Assembly: GCA_004367365.1 (NCBI GenBank)
Contig: SESX01000002.1
Span: 1-46,164, forward strand
Length of the DNA: 46,164 nt
From: Candidatus Acetocimmeria pyornia
GTDB lineage: Bacteria; Bacillota; Sulfobacillia; UBA3575
Direction of reading: 5' to 3'
The first letter of the stretch is position 1. Every line of letters begins with the position of its first letter. A program made the translations under genes and the position numbers. Positions 35,527 through 45,437 of the stretch are shown here, piece by piece. The notes under the pieces are model-generated. The model was not told where the DNA came from and ran no database searches. It saw only the letters and a program-made list of their open reading frames with translations.

Positions 35527-36734
35527 TGAGGGGTGACAACGGTGGCCCCCTGGACGGGGTGCGGGTGGTGGACCTCACCCGGGTCCTGGCAGGACCTTTC
35601 TGCTCGATGGTTCTTGCCGACCTGGGGGCCGAGGTGATCAAGGTCGAGTACCCGGGTCGCGGGGACGACGCCCGTGCCTTTGGGCCCCATGTCCAAGGTG
35701 AAAGCACCTACTTCATGAGCCTGAACCGGAACAAGAAGGGGATCACCCTGAACCTGAAAAAGCCTGCCGGTAAGGGGATCCTGCAGTCCCTGGTCAAGAA
35801 GGCGGATATCCTGCTCGAGAATTTCCGGCCCGGGACCATGGAAGCCCTGGGCCTTGGCTACGAGGAACTGGCCCGGGTAAACCCGAAACTCATCTATGCC
35901 TCGTGTTCAGGGTTTGGACAGACCGGGCCCCTCCGGGACCGCCCGGCCTACGACCTCATTGTCCAGGCCATGGGTGGAATCATGAGCCTCACCGGCGCGC
36001 CGGGCGGCCCTCCCACCCGGGTGGGGAGTTCCATCGGGGATATCACCGCCGGCCTCTTTACCGCCATCGGGGTTCTGGCTGCCCTCCAGGCCCGGGAGAG
36101 GACGGGCCGGGGGCAGAAGGTGGACGTCAGCATGCTGGACTGCCAGGTGGCCATCTTGGAGAACGCCATCACGCGGTACCTGGTCACCGGTGAGCTTCCC
36201 ACCCGGGTGGGAAACCGCCACCCTTCCATCACCCCCTTTGCCGTTTTCCCGGGTTCTGACGGATACTTTATTGTGGCCGCGGGGAACGATACCCTCTGGG
36301 AAAAGCTGTGCCGTGTCATCGGCCGGGAGGACCTTCTTGGGAACCCCCTCTTTGCCACCAATGCTTCCCGCACCGAAAACCACCAGGAGCTCCTGGAAGC
36401 ACTGGAGGGAACCTTTTCCACCAAAAGTACGGGGTACTGGTTGGAAAGGCTCCAGGAGGCCGGTATTCCCTGTGGGCCCATTCTCGGGGTGGACGAGGTC
36501 TGCCGCCATCCACAGGTTCTCGCCCGGGAGATGATCGTGGAGCTTGACCACCCGAAGGCCGGCCGCATCAAGGTCCCCGGCTGCCCGGTGAAGTTTTCCG
36601 AGACCAACAGGACCACCACTGACCCGGCCCCAACCCTGGGACAGCACAACCGGGAGGTTTTGGGGGGAATCCTGGGTTTGAAGCCAGGGGAAATTGAAAA
36701 CCTTGAGCGGGATGGGGTAGTCTCATTTTCTTGA
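35526..36734 (+). CDS. Family III (CaiB/BaiF/Frc-type) CoA-transferase
   Basis: GPLDGVRVVDLTRVLAGPFCSMVLADLGAEVIKVE ... ENFRPG ... AYDLIVQAMGGIMSLTG. GTG overlaps the nitrilase stop (TAGTG). Confidence 0.9.
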   Translation: MRGDNGGPLDGVRVVDLTRVLAGPFCSMVLADLGAEVIKVEYPGRGDDARAFGPHVQGESTYFMSLNRNKKGITLNLKKPAGKGILQSLVKKADILLENFRPGTMEALGLGYEELARVNPKLIYASCSGFGQTGPLRDRPAYDLIVQAMGGIMSLTGAPGGPPTRVGSSIGDITAGLFTAIGVLAALQARERTGRGQKVDVSMLDCQVAILENAITRYLVTGELPTRVGNRHPSITPFAVFPGSDGYFIVAAGNDTLWEKLCRVIGREDLLGNPLFATNASRTENHQELLEALEGTFSTKSTGYWLERLQEAGIPCGPILGVDEVCRHPQVLAREMIVELDHPKAGRIKVPGCPVKFSETNRTTTDPAPTLGQHNREVLGGILGLKPGEIENLERDGVVSFS

Positions 36735-36760
36735 CATCGGGTAGAGCGAAAAGATAAAAT
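36731..36760 (+). promoter_or_regulatory. Near-consensus promoter TTGACA-N18-TAAAAT overlapping the CoA-transferase stop codon
   Basis: Read directly. It would give a pyrG leader of about 140 nt. Confidence 0.5.
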
Positions 36761-36836
36761 GGTAGCGGTACCTGGGGGAAACGGGCTGACCCGCCAGGAC
36801 AGGAAATGAAATTGGAAAAGAAAAACGATACCGGTA

Positions 36837-36865
36837 TTCTAGTGCTGACCGCTAGAAATTTTTTT
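36837..36865 (+). terminator. Weak hairpin plus 7-T run in the pyrG leader (possible attenuator or terminator of the upstream gene)
   Basis: ttctag tgctgaccg ctagaa, then att + ttttttt. Only a 6-bp AT-rich stem. Confidence 0.35.
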
Positions 36866-36902
36866 GTTGTTATTGTGGCATAAATGGGGTGGGGGGAGCT
36901 AA

Positions 36903-38525
<1,623 letters not shown>

Positions 38526-38607
38526 ATGGAGATGGTACCAGGCTGAAAACAAGTCAAGCTCTCGACTGCGGCCCGGGGGGCTTCAAGGCTGCTTCCCGGG
38601 CCGGCCC

Positions 38608-39669
38608 TTACCCTGGGGGCGGCGTATCCTGCAGCAGGGGCGGCAAGGGTCCCGGCTTGCGTTCCCGCGAAAGAAGTTCGGAGACGGTCACCGCCAAGAG
38701 CCCTTTATCCCGGAAGGCGATCAAAATGGCCTCCAGCGCTGCAGGGGACTGTTCAGTGGGGTGCAAAAGGACGATGGCCCCGCTGTGGGCTTTCGGCACC
38801 ACCCGGTTCAGGATCCGGTCCACTCCAGGGCGCATCCAGTCCACGGTATCCAAGCTGTACATGATGGTCCGGTACCCGAGCTCGTGGGCTACCTCCAGGA
38901 CCTCCCGGTCGTACTCCCCGTAGGGAGGGGTGAAATACCGTGTCTTGATGCCTACCGCCTTCTTGATGGCCTCTTCCCCCCGCCTTATTTCCCTGGCGAT
39001 CTCTGGCCGCGGGAGCCTTGACAGGTGGCGGTGGGAGTAGGCGTGGTTGCCAATTTCATGGCCCTTCCCGACGATGGTTTGAAGCAGCCCGCGGCGCGCA
39101 GGGTCTTTTTCCAGCCATTTTCCCTCCACAAAAAAGGTGGCCCGGACCCCGTGTTCTTCCATGACCTTGAGCATGGCCGGGAGGTATTCGTCCCCCCAGG
39201 CAAGGTTGATCATCAGGGCATAAAGGGGCCGGGCCTGGTTGCCCCGGTAGATGGGGGCTGCCGGGAAGTCCTCCAGGGTCTTTCCCGGGGGGATCTGCCG
39301 GTAGATGACCTTGACCCTTTCCCCAGGCCCTGCTTTCAGAACAGCCTCCACGGTCTGGTCCACGTCCACCCCGAGGCCGTTGAGACCCGGGACGACCTCT
39401 CCCGTATCCTCCATGAGCCTGGCATCAACCGGCTGGACCCGTACCCTAAGGGCGATTTCTCCGACTGCCAGCCAGACCTCCTCCGGGAAGAGACCAGACA
39501 TATCCCGGCCTTCAAGGGTTACCCCCGGCCGGACCCCGTGCAGGTACCGTTCGATGTCCTCTGCCTTGAGCCAAAGGGCAAAGGAAGGCCCGCCCACGAT
39601 CAAAAGAACAAGGGCCAGGACCTTGAGATTGACGCGCAAGAAACGGAAACGGGTGGTAGTTTCCTGCAT
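38608..39669 (-). CDS. Polysaccharide deacetylase (NodB homology domain) with N-terminal signal-anchor and extra domain
   Basis: ATG 39669 lies 5 nt after GGTGGTG. TM LKVLALVLLIVGG. NodB motifs TFFVEGKW, HEIGNHAYSH, LLHP. The longest-ORF start 39864 adds 65 non-protein-like residues. Confidence 0.85.
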   Translation of the reverse strand: MQETTTRFRFLRVNLKVLALVLLIVGGPSFALWLKAEDIERYLHGVRPGVTLEGRDMSGLFPEEVWLAVGEIALRVRVQPVDARLMEDTGEVVPGLNGLGVDVDQTVEAVLKAGPGERVKVIYRQIPPGKTLEDFPAAPIYRGNQARPLYALMINLAWGDEYLPAMLKVMEEHGVRATFFVEGKWLEKDPARRGLLQTIVGKGHEIGNHAYSHRHLSRLPRPEIAREIRRGEEAIKKAVGIKTRYFTPPYGEYDREVLEVAHELGYRTIMYSLDTVDWMRPGVDRILNRVVPKAHSGAIVLLHPTEQSPAALEAILIAFRDKGLLAVTVSELLSRERKPGPLPPLLQDTPPPG

Positions 39670-39939
39670 GATGACACCACCATAGGCTAACCCGCTTGCT
39701 ACACAAGGCCGCCTTAAACTCGCCCTTAAAGATTGTATTTCGGCCGGTGGGGAATATGCCCCCGTGTCCTCGAACCTTCGAGATGGCATCGATGGGAAGA
39801 TCTGAGCAGGAGATTTGCGGGCGGCAAAGGAATATGCTGGTACTGGTAGAAATAGAGAAAACAAAATAGATCCAGGGATCCACCGGGCCGAGGATAGTTT
39901 GGAACTGGCGGCAAATGCTATGGCCGGGGGGAATCAAAT

Positions 39940-40872
39940 TTGAAAAAGCGCTGGGTGGTAATCGTTATCCTGGGTTTGGTGCTGGTCTCGGCTCTGGCGG
40001 CCCTGCTGGTAGGACCCAAGGGCCCTGGACCGGGCCTGGCGGCCAAAAGCCGAGGTGCCGTCGGTATCATCTATATTGAAGGAACCATCGTCGGGGGCCG
40101 GAACTCGAGCGGGCTGCTGAGCGGGCTCGTGACCGGCTCTGACCAGGTCCTGAATTACCTGAACGAAGCCCGGAAAGACCCTGAGGTCAAGGCCGTGGTT
40201 CTTAGGATCAACAGCCCAGGCGGGAGTGCGGCGGCTTCCCAGGAGATTGGGGCCGAGGTGCAACGACTGAGAAGGGCCGGAAAGCCGGTGGTGGCCTCCA
40301 TGGGTGATGTGGCTGCATCTGGTGGCTACTGGGTAGCTGCCAACGCGGACCGGATTGTGGCCAATCCCGCCACCATTACCGGGAGTATCGGGGTCATCAT
40401 GCAGCTGGGCAATTTTGAAGAACTCTACCGCAAAGTAGGGATCGACTACGAGGTCATCAAGAGCGGGGCCCACAAGGATATGGGGTCGCCGGCCCGGGAA
40501 CTGACAGAAAAAGAGCGGACGATCCTGCAGGAGATGGTCAACGATATCTTTGACCAGTTTGTCGAGGTGGTTGCCGAAGGCCGGAACCTGCCGCGGGACC
40601 AGGTGGTGAACCTGGCCGACGGCCGTATTTTCACTGGACGGCAGGCCGAAAGACTGGGGCTTGTCGACCAGATGGGGAATTTCCGTGACGCTGTTCGCCT
40701 GGCGGCCCGCCTGGCCGGGATCGAGGACCGGTTCGAGATACGGGAGTTTGGTCGCCTGTCACCCATAGAAAGGCTCTTGGGTGAGGCCGGAGGTGCCTTT
40801 TTTGGGCAGGGACTGGTTCCCGAGTGGCTCCTCACCCTGCGCTGGAAGGGGGATGTGCGCCTGGTCCGCTAG
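39940..40872 (+). CDS. sppA: Signal peptide peptidase SppA (36K type)
   Basis: N-terminal TM, VVLRINSPGGSAAAS, ASGGYWVA, catalytic Lys region SGAHKDMGSP. Confidence 0.85.
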   Translation: MKKRWVVIVILGLVLVSALAALLVGPKGPGPGLAAKSRGAVGIIYIEGTIVGGRNSSGLLSGLVTGSDQVLNYLNEARKDPEVKAVVLRINSPGGSAAASQEIGAEVQRLRRAGKPVVASMGDVAASGGYWVAANADRIVANPATITGSIGVIMQLGNFEELYRKVGIDYEVIKSGAHKDMGSPARELTEKERTILQEMVNDIFDQFVEVVAEGRNLPRDQVVNLADGRIFTGRQAERLGLVDQMGNFRDAVRLAARLAGIEDRFEIREFGRLSPIERLLGEAGGAFFGQGLVPEWLLTLRWKGDVRLVR

Positions 40873-40960
40873 GTGGCCTGGGTAGTGGAAATACTTGGGG
40901 TGATCCTGGTATCCTGCCGGGGTTGAAGCCCCACTTTTGGGTTTGGGAGGTTTCGTTTTC

Positions 40961-41698
40961 ATGGAAAAAGATGAAAGAACCGGCCTGGGGTCGGGATCCG
41001 GGCCGGGCCGGGAGATGGAGCCTGGAACCGCAGGTTACGAGGAGGGGCCGGCAGGAGGGTTCGAGCCGGAGGGTGACCCCGCTGGGGCCGTGGAGATCCT
41101 GTACGGGGTTTTGTTCCAGCCCGGCCGGACCATGGGCCGCCTGGTGCATGAACCACCCCTGCTGACGGCGGTGATTGTTTTCACCGTGGTCCAGGTCTTG
41201 AGCGGGATCAGCAACCTTGCCCTGATGCCGCCCTTTGTCTCCCCGCAGTTTGGCCATCTTAGTCTTTCCCCCACCCTGTTGATCTTTGCCCTCCTGGTTG
41301 GGAGCTACTTTTTCTGGTTCTTGAGCGCGGCGGTGCTTGGCCTCACTGCCGAGTTCCTGGGGGGAAGGGGCCGGGGCTACACCCTTTTTGTCCTGCTGGG
41401 ATTGGCGGTCCTGCCGCGGGTCTTCGAGGGCCCGGTCGCCCTTTTGGGCAGGTTTGTGGGAAGCTGGGTAACCACCCTCCTTTCCCTGGGGCTGAGCATC
41501 TGGGGGATAGTCCTGGTCATCGTGGCCATCCGGGAGACCTACCAGGTCTCGACAGCCCGGGCGGTGGCCACGTTTTTCGTGCCTGGCCTTGTTCTTTTTG
41601 CTGCAGTTGCCCTGCTGGTGGGGCTGACTGTCGCCTTCTTTGCTTCTTTCCTTCAGGACCTTCCCGGTTTTCCGGGCCTGGTTCCAGGCAGGTTTTGA
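40961..41698 (+). CDS. Yip1-domain-like multi-pass membrane protein
   Basis: ATG 40961 follows GGGAGG. Acidic/Gly-rich N-terminus, then ILYGVLFQPGRTMGRL and 5 hydrophobic helices. Confidence 0.6.
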   Translation: MEKDERTGLGSGSGPGREMEPGTAGYEEGPAGGFEPEGDPAGAVEILYGVLFQPGRTMGRLVHEPPLLTAVIVFTVVQVLSGISNLALMPPFVSPQFGHLSLSPTLLIFALLVGSYFFWFLSAAVLGLTAEFLGGRGRGYTLFVLLGLAVLPRVFEGPVALLGRFVGSWVTTLLSLGLSIWGIVLVIVAIRETYQVSTARAVATFFVPGLVLFAAVALLVGLTVAFFASFLQDLPGFPGLVPGRF

Positions 41699-41821
41699 TC
41701 CTGTTGGCCTTGAAGGGGAGGAAAAAAGCGGGGCAGCAAGAATAAATACTGCACCAATGAAGGTGGTCAGCAGGGCCGGGCAGCGGCCCTTTCAAAAAGG
41801 TTGTGGTTAGGGGTGAAGTTA

Positions 41822-43240
41822 ATGAAAGAAAAAAAGGCGAGTAAGCTGAGGATTACCGATACCACCCTCCGGGATGCCCACCAGTCCCTGTTGGCGACCA
41901 GGATGAAAACCGAGGACATGCTGCCCATTGCCGAAAAGATCGATGCTGTTGGCTACCACTCCCTGGAGGTCTGGGGTGGGGCTACCTTTGACAGCTGCCT
42001 CCGGTTTCTCGGCGAGGACCCCTGGGAAAGGCTGCGCCAGATCCGCAAGCATATCCCCAAGACCAAGCTCCAGATGCTCCTGCGGGGGCAGAACCTGGTT
42101 GGGTACAAGAACTACGCCGATGATGTGGTCGAGGAATTCATCAAGCGTGCCGTGGGCAACGGGATCGACATCATGCGCATCTTTGATGCCCTCAACGACT
42201 CCCGGAACATGGCGAAAGCCATCGAGGTCAGCAAGCAGGAGGGGGCCCACGTCCAGGCCACGGTCAGCTACACCACCAGCCCGGTCCACGATATTGCCCA
42301 CTATGTTTCCACCGCCAAGGAGCTGGAGGAAATGGGGGCCGATTCCATCTGCGTCAAGGACATGGCTGGAATCCTGGACCCCTTTACTGCCTACGAGCTC
42401 ATCACCGAGCTGAAGAAAGCCTTGTCTATTCCGGTTCAGCTCCACTGCCACTACACGAGCGGAATGGCTTCCATGAGCTACCTCAAGGCCATCGAAGCCG
42501 GGGTGGACGCGGTGGATACGGCCGTCTCCTCCCTTGCCCTGGCTACTTCCCAGCCGGCGGTGGAGACCCTGGTGGCAAGCCTCCAGGGGACCCCTTACGA
42601 CACCGGCCTGAACCTGGAGCTCCTTTCCGAGATTGCGGCCTATTTCAAAGAGGTCAGGAAAAAATACAGGGAATTTGACGTGGCGGCCGGGACGGTGGAC
42701 CCCCATGTCCTCCGCTACCAGATCCCGGGTGGAATGATCTCCAACTTCATTTCCCAGCTGTCCCAGCAGAACGCCCTGGATAAACTGGACCAGGTGCTGG
42801 AGGAGGTGCCCCGGGTGCGCAAGGACTTGGGTTACCCGCCCTTGGTGACACCCTCGAGCCAGATCGTCGGCACCCAGGCGGTATTGAACGTCCTCATGGG
42901 TGAGCGCTACAAGATGGTGGCCACCGAGGTCAAGAACTATCTCGGTGGTTACTACGGCCGGCCCCCGGCACCCATTGACGAAAAGGTTAAGAAAAAGATT
43001 ATCGGTACCGGAGAAACCATTACCTGCCGGCCGGCAGACCTTTTGGAGCCCGAACTTCCCAAGGCCAGGGAAGAGGTTGCCCCGTACATGGAATCGGACG
43101 AGGATGTCATCTCCTACGCTCTTTTCCCCCAAGTGGCCTTGAAGTTTCTCAAGGAGCGCCTGGCCAAGAAAACCCGGGTTGACTACGACCTGGCGGAAGA
43201 GGCGGCTGAAGAAGGGGGACCTGGTTACTACCCCGCTTAA
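41822..43240 (+). CDS. Carboxyltransferase of the OadA / PycB / transcarboxylase-5S family, without a biotinyl domain
   Basis: ITDTTLRDAHQSL, EVWGGATFD, MRIFDALND, ICVKDMAG, HCHYTSGMA. Ends at 472 aa with no EAMKM-type biotinylation motif. Confidence 0.85.
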   Translation: MKEKKASKLRITDTTLRDAHQSLLATRMKTEDMLPIAEKIDAVGYHSLEVWGGATFDSCLRFLGEDPWERLRQIRKHIPKTKLQMLLRGQNLVGYKNYADDVVEEFIKRAVGNGIDIMRIFDALNDSRNMAKAIEVSKQEGAHVQATVSYTTSPVHDIAHYVSTAKELEEMGADSICVKDMAGILDPFTAYELITELKKALSIPVQLHCHYTSGMASMSYLKAIEAGVDAVDTAVSSLALATSQPAVETLVASLQGTPYDTGLNLELLSEIAAYFKEVRKKYREFDVAAGTVDPHVLRYQIPGGMISNFISQLSQQNALDKLDQVLEEVPRVRKDLGYPPLVTPSSQIVGTQAVLNVLMGERYKMVATEVKNYLGGYYGRPPAPIDEKVKKKIIGTGETITCRPADLLEPELPKAREEVAPYMESDEDVISYALFPQVALKFLKERLAKKTRVDYDLAEEAAEEGGPGYYPA

Positions 43241-43444
43241 GCAGGGGTGGAAGGGCGTGGCTCGGGCCTGGGGCCTACCTCTGGTCTAGACGCCTGGTCC
43301 GGCAGGGTAATCCTTCCAACCTTTGACCTTGGGGTCAGGACGTTATACAATTAAACTTGGGAGTGGTTACAGAATCCGGGGGAGAATCGGGTTCAGAAAA
43401 AATTAGGATCCCGACTCGAATTCATTGAGATCTGGACAGTGAAA

Positions 43445-43575
43445 TAAGGTCTCCGAGCTGGCCGGTCTAAGGGAGCGAAAAGGTGCTCCTAGGACCACCA
43501 GCCGCTGCCGCCTCAAGGCGGCAAACGGTGGGCCGGGAAACCGACCCGCCCCCCATTGTGGAAAGGAGGAGGACC
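43445..43575 (+). promoter_or_regulatory. Moco/Wco (molybdenum/tungsten cofactor) riboswitch candidate
   Basis: CTCCGAGC at 43451-43458 and cattgtGGAAAGGAGG at 43554-43569. Several GC hairpins between them (ggagc..gctcc, tgccgcc tcaa ggcggca). Lies upstream of tungstate transporter genes. Matched from memory of the motif, no covariance-model scan. Confidence 0.6.
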
Positions 43576-43588
43576 AAGAACCCTTTGA

Positions 43589-43623
43589 CCGGGGGCCTTT
43601 CTGCAGTGGGCCCCGGTTTTTTC
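43589..43623 (+). terminator. Intrinsic terminator (likely riboswitch expression platform)
   Basis: ccgggggcc ... gggccccgg followed by ttttttctt. Confidence 0.7.
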
Positions 43624-43783
43624 TTTATGTTCCCCGGTGAGCACGGTGTCCAACTCCATGCACCAGGCTCCAGACAGCAGCCAGGGTGCTTGGGCATTGC
43701 TCCTGGGAGATTCGGCGTCGGGCACTTGCCTTGGGTGCCGGCAAGACAAGGCCGGTGACCAGGGAAGGGAAGGAGAGGTGGGG

Positions 43784-44665
43784 TTGAGGGTAGCGGGCAA
43801 GGGTGGTGTTGGCTTCAGCGGGAGGCAGGTTCTGGTTTTGGGCCTGGTTGGGCTCCTGGTTTTTGCAGGGGCGGGGTGTGGTGCTGGAGGTTCTGACGAG
43901 GCGTCCGGTTCCCAGGCGGCAGAGGGTCTGGAACTCCTCTTGGCTACCACCACCAGTACCTATGATTCCGGGCTCCTGGACGTTCTGATCCCGGCTTTTG
44001 AAAAGAAGTACGGGTATGAGGTGAAAATTTTGCCTAGGGGAACCGGGGCTGCCCTAGAGCTTGGTAAGAGGGGAGATGTCGACGTCCTGCTGGTGCATGC
44101 CAAGGAAATGGAACTAAGACTGGTGGAGGAAGGCTATTTCGTCGACCGGCGGGATGTAATGTCCAACGATTTTGTTGTCGTCGGTTCGGCCTCCGACCCG
44201 GCCGGAATCCAGGGTGTGAAGAATGCTGCCCTGGCCTTCGAAAGGATCGCCCGTACCGGATCGCCTTTCGTCTCCCGCGGGGACAACTCGGGGACCAACA
44301 TCAAGGAGGCCGCCATCTGGAAGAAGGCCGGCATCGAGCCCGCAGGCGCCTGGTACCTGTCTGTCGGCCAGGGGATGGGTGATACCCTGCGTATTGCCAA
44401 CGAGAGGAGGGCTTACACCCTGACCGACCGGGCTACCTACATTTCCCTGAAGGACAAGCTTGACCTTGAGGTCCTGGTGGAGGGAGACCCCTTTCTGTTC
44501 AACCAGTACGGCATCATGGCTGTCAACCCGAAAGAACACCCCAGGGTAAACTACGAGGGGGCCAGGAAGCTTATCGAGTTTATGGTCTCACCTGAAGGGC
44601 AGGAGATCATCGGTACCTATGCGAAGTACGGGGAGAGGCTCTTTGTCCCCAATGCCGGGCAGTAG
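43784..44665 (+). CDS. tupA: Tungstate ABC transporter substrate-binding lipoprotein
   Basis: TTG 43784 lies 6 nt after GGAAGGAGAGG. Lipobox LLVFAGAGC. TupA-type anion-binding motifs TTTSTYDSGLLD and SRGDNSGT. The longest-ORF start 43637 adds about 49 non-protein-like residues. Confidence 0.85.
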   Translation: MRVAGKGGVGFSGRQVLVLGLVGLLVFAGAGCGAGGSDEASGSQAAEGLELLLATTTSTYDSGLLDVLIPAFEKKYGYEVKILPRGTGAALELGKRGDVDVLLVHAKEMELRLVEEGYFVDRRDVMSNDFVVVGSASDPAGIQGVKNAALAFERIARTGSPFVSRGDNSGTNIKEAAIWKKAGIEPAGAWYLSVGQGMGDTLRIANERRAYTLTDRATYISLKDKLDLEVLVEGDPFLFNQYGIMAVNPKEHPRVNYEGARKLIEFMVSPEGQEIIGTYAKYGERLFVPNAGQ

Positions 44666-44738
44666 GGGTGGCTACTTTATTTCTTTCTTAGGCTTGGTTT
44701 CCACCTTGTTCCTGCAGCCGGGTTGGTTGGAGGGTGTC

Positions 44739-45437
44739 ATGGATAAAATCTGGCAAGGCACTATGGAGGCAGTGAGGTTAATCATCCGGCTCGACCCGGA
44801 GATGATGGGGATCGTGGGCTTATCCCTCCTGGTCTCAGGCTCGGCGGTACTCATCGCTGGCCTCCTGGGCATTCCCCTCGGGACTTACCTGGGTCTTGTG
44901 CCGGCCCGCCGGGTCCGGTGGGTCAGCAAGTTGGTGTACACCCTCATGGGCCTCCCCCCGGTAGTTGCCGGTCTCTTCCTTTACCTTATCCTTTCCAGCC
45001 AGGGGCCCCTGGGGGTACTGGACCTTCTTTTTACCCCCACCGCCATGATTATCGCCCAGACCCTCCTGGCCGTGCCCATTATCACCGGCTTGACCATGGT
45101 GGCGGTGCGGGAGAAAAAACGCGAAATCCGCGAGACCGCGGTCACCCTGGGGGCGAGTGGGGCCACCGTGGCCTGGACCGTGATCCGGGAGGCACGCCCG
45201 GCCATCACCGGGGCTGTCGTTGCCGGGTTTGGCCGGGTTATCGCCGAGGTGGGGGCGGTGATGCTGGTGGGTGGGAACATCGAAGGGTATACCAGGGTAA
45301 TGACCACGGCCATTGTCCTGGAGACCCGTAGGGGCAACTTCGAGTCTGCTATTGGGCTCGGCCTCATTCTTCTCCTCTTGGCCTTTTTTGTCAATTCTTT
45401 TCTCTATCACCTCCAGGGAACGGTGGATGCTGAATGA
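44739..45437 (+). CDS. tupB: Tungstate ABC transporter permease
   Basis: ATG 44739 follows GGAGGG. Multi-pass membrane protein with an ABC permease EAA-like loop (ETAVTLGASGATVAWTVIREARPAI). Confidence 0.85.
   Translation: MDKIWQGTMEAVRLIIRLDPEMMGIVGLSLLVSGSAVLIAGLLGIPLGTYLGLVPARRVRWVSKLVYTLMGLPPVVAGLFLYLILSSQGPLGVLDLLFTPTAMIIAQTLLAVPIITGLTMVAVREKKREIRETAVTLGASGATVAWTVIREARPAITGAVVAGFGRVIAEVGAVMLVGGNIEGYTRVMTTAIVLETRRGNFESAIGLGLILLLLAFFVNSFLYHLQGTVDAE

Noticed and set aside
38570-38602. GGCCCGGG ... CCCGGGCC hairpin between convergent pyrG and the deacetylase gene, as a bidirectional terminator.
   Set aside because: There is no U-tract on either strand. It is plausible as a structure but not supportable as a terminator from sequence alone.
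43483-43758. 91-aa ORF overlapping the riboswitch/terminator region upstream of tupA.
   Set aside because: It runs through the riboswitch helices and the terminator, its translation is low-complexity, and the region is explained by the RNA element.
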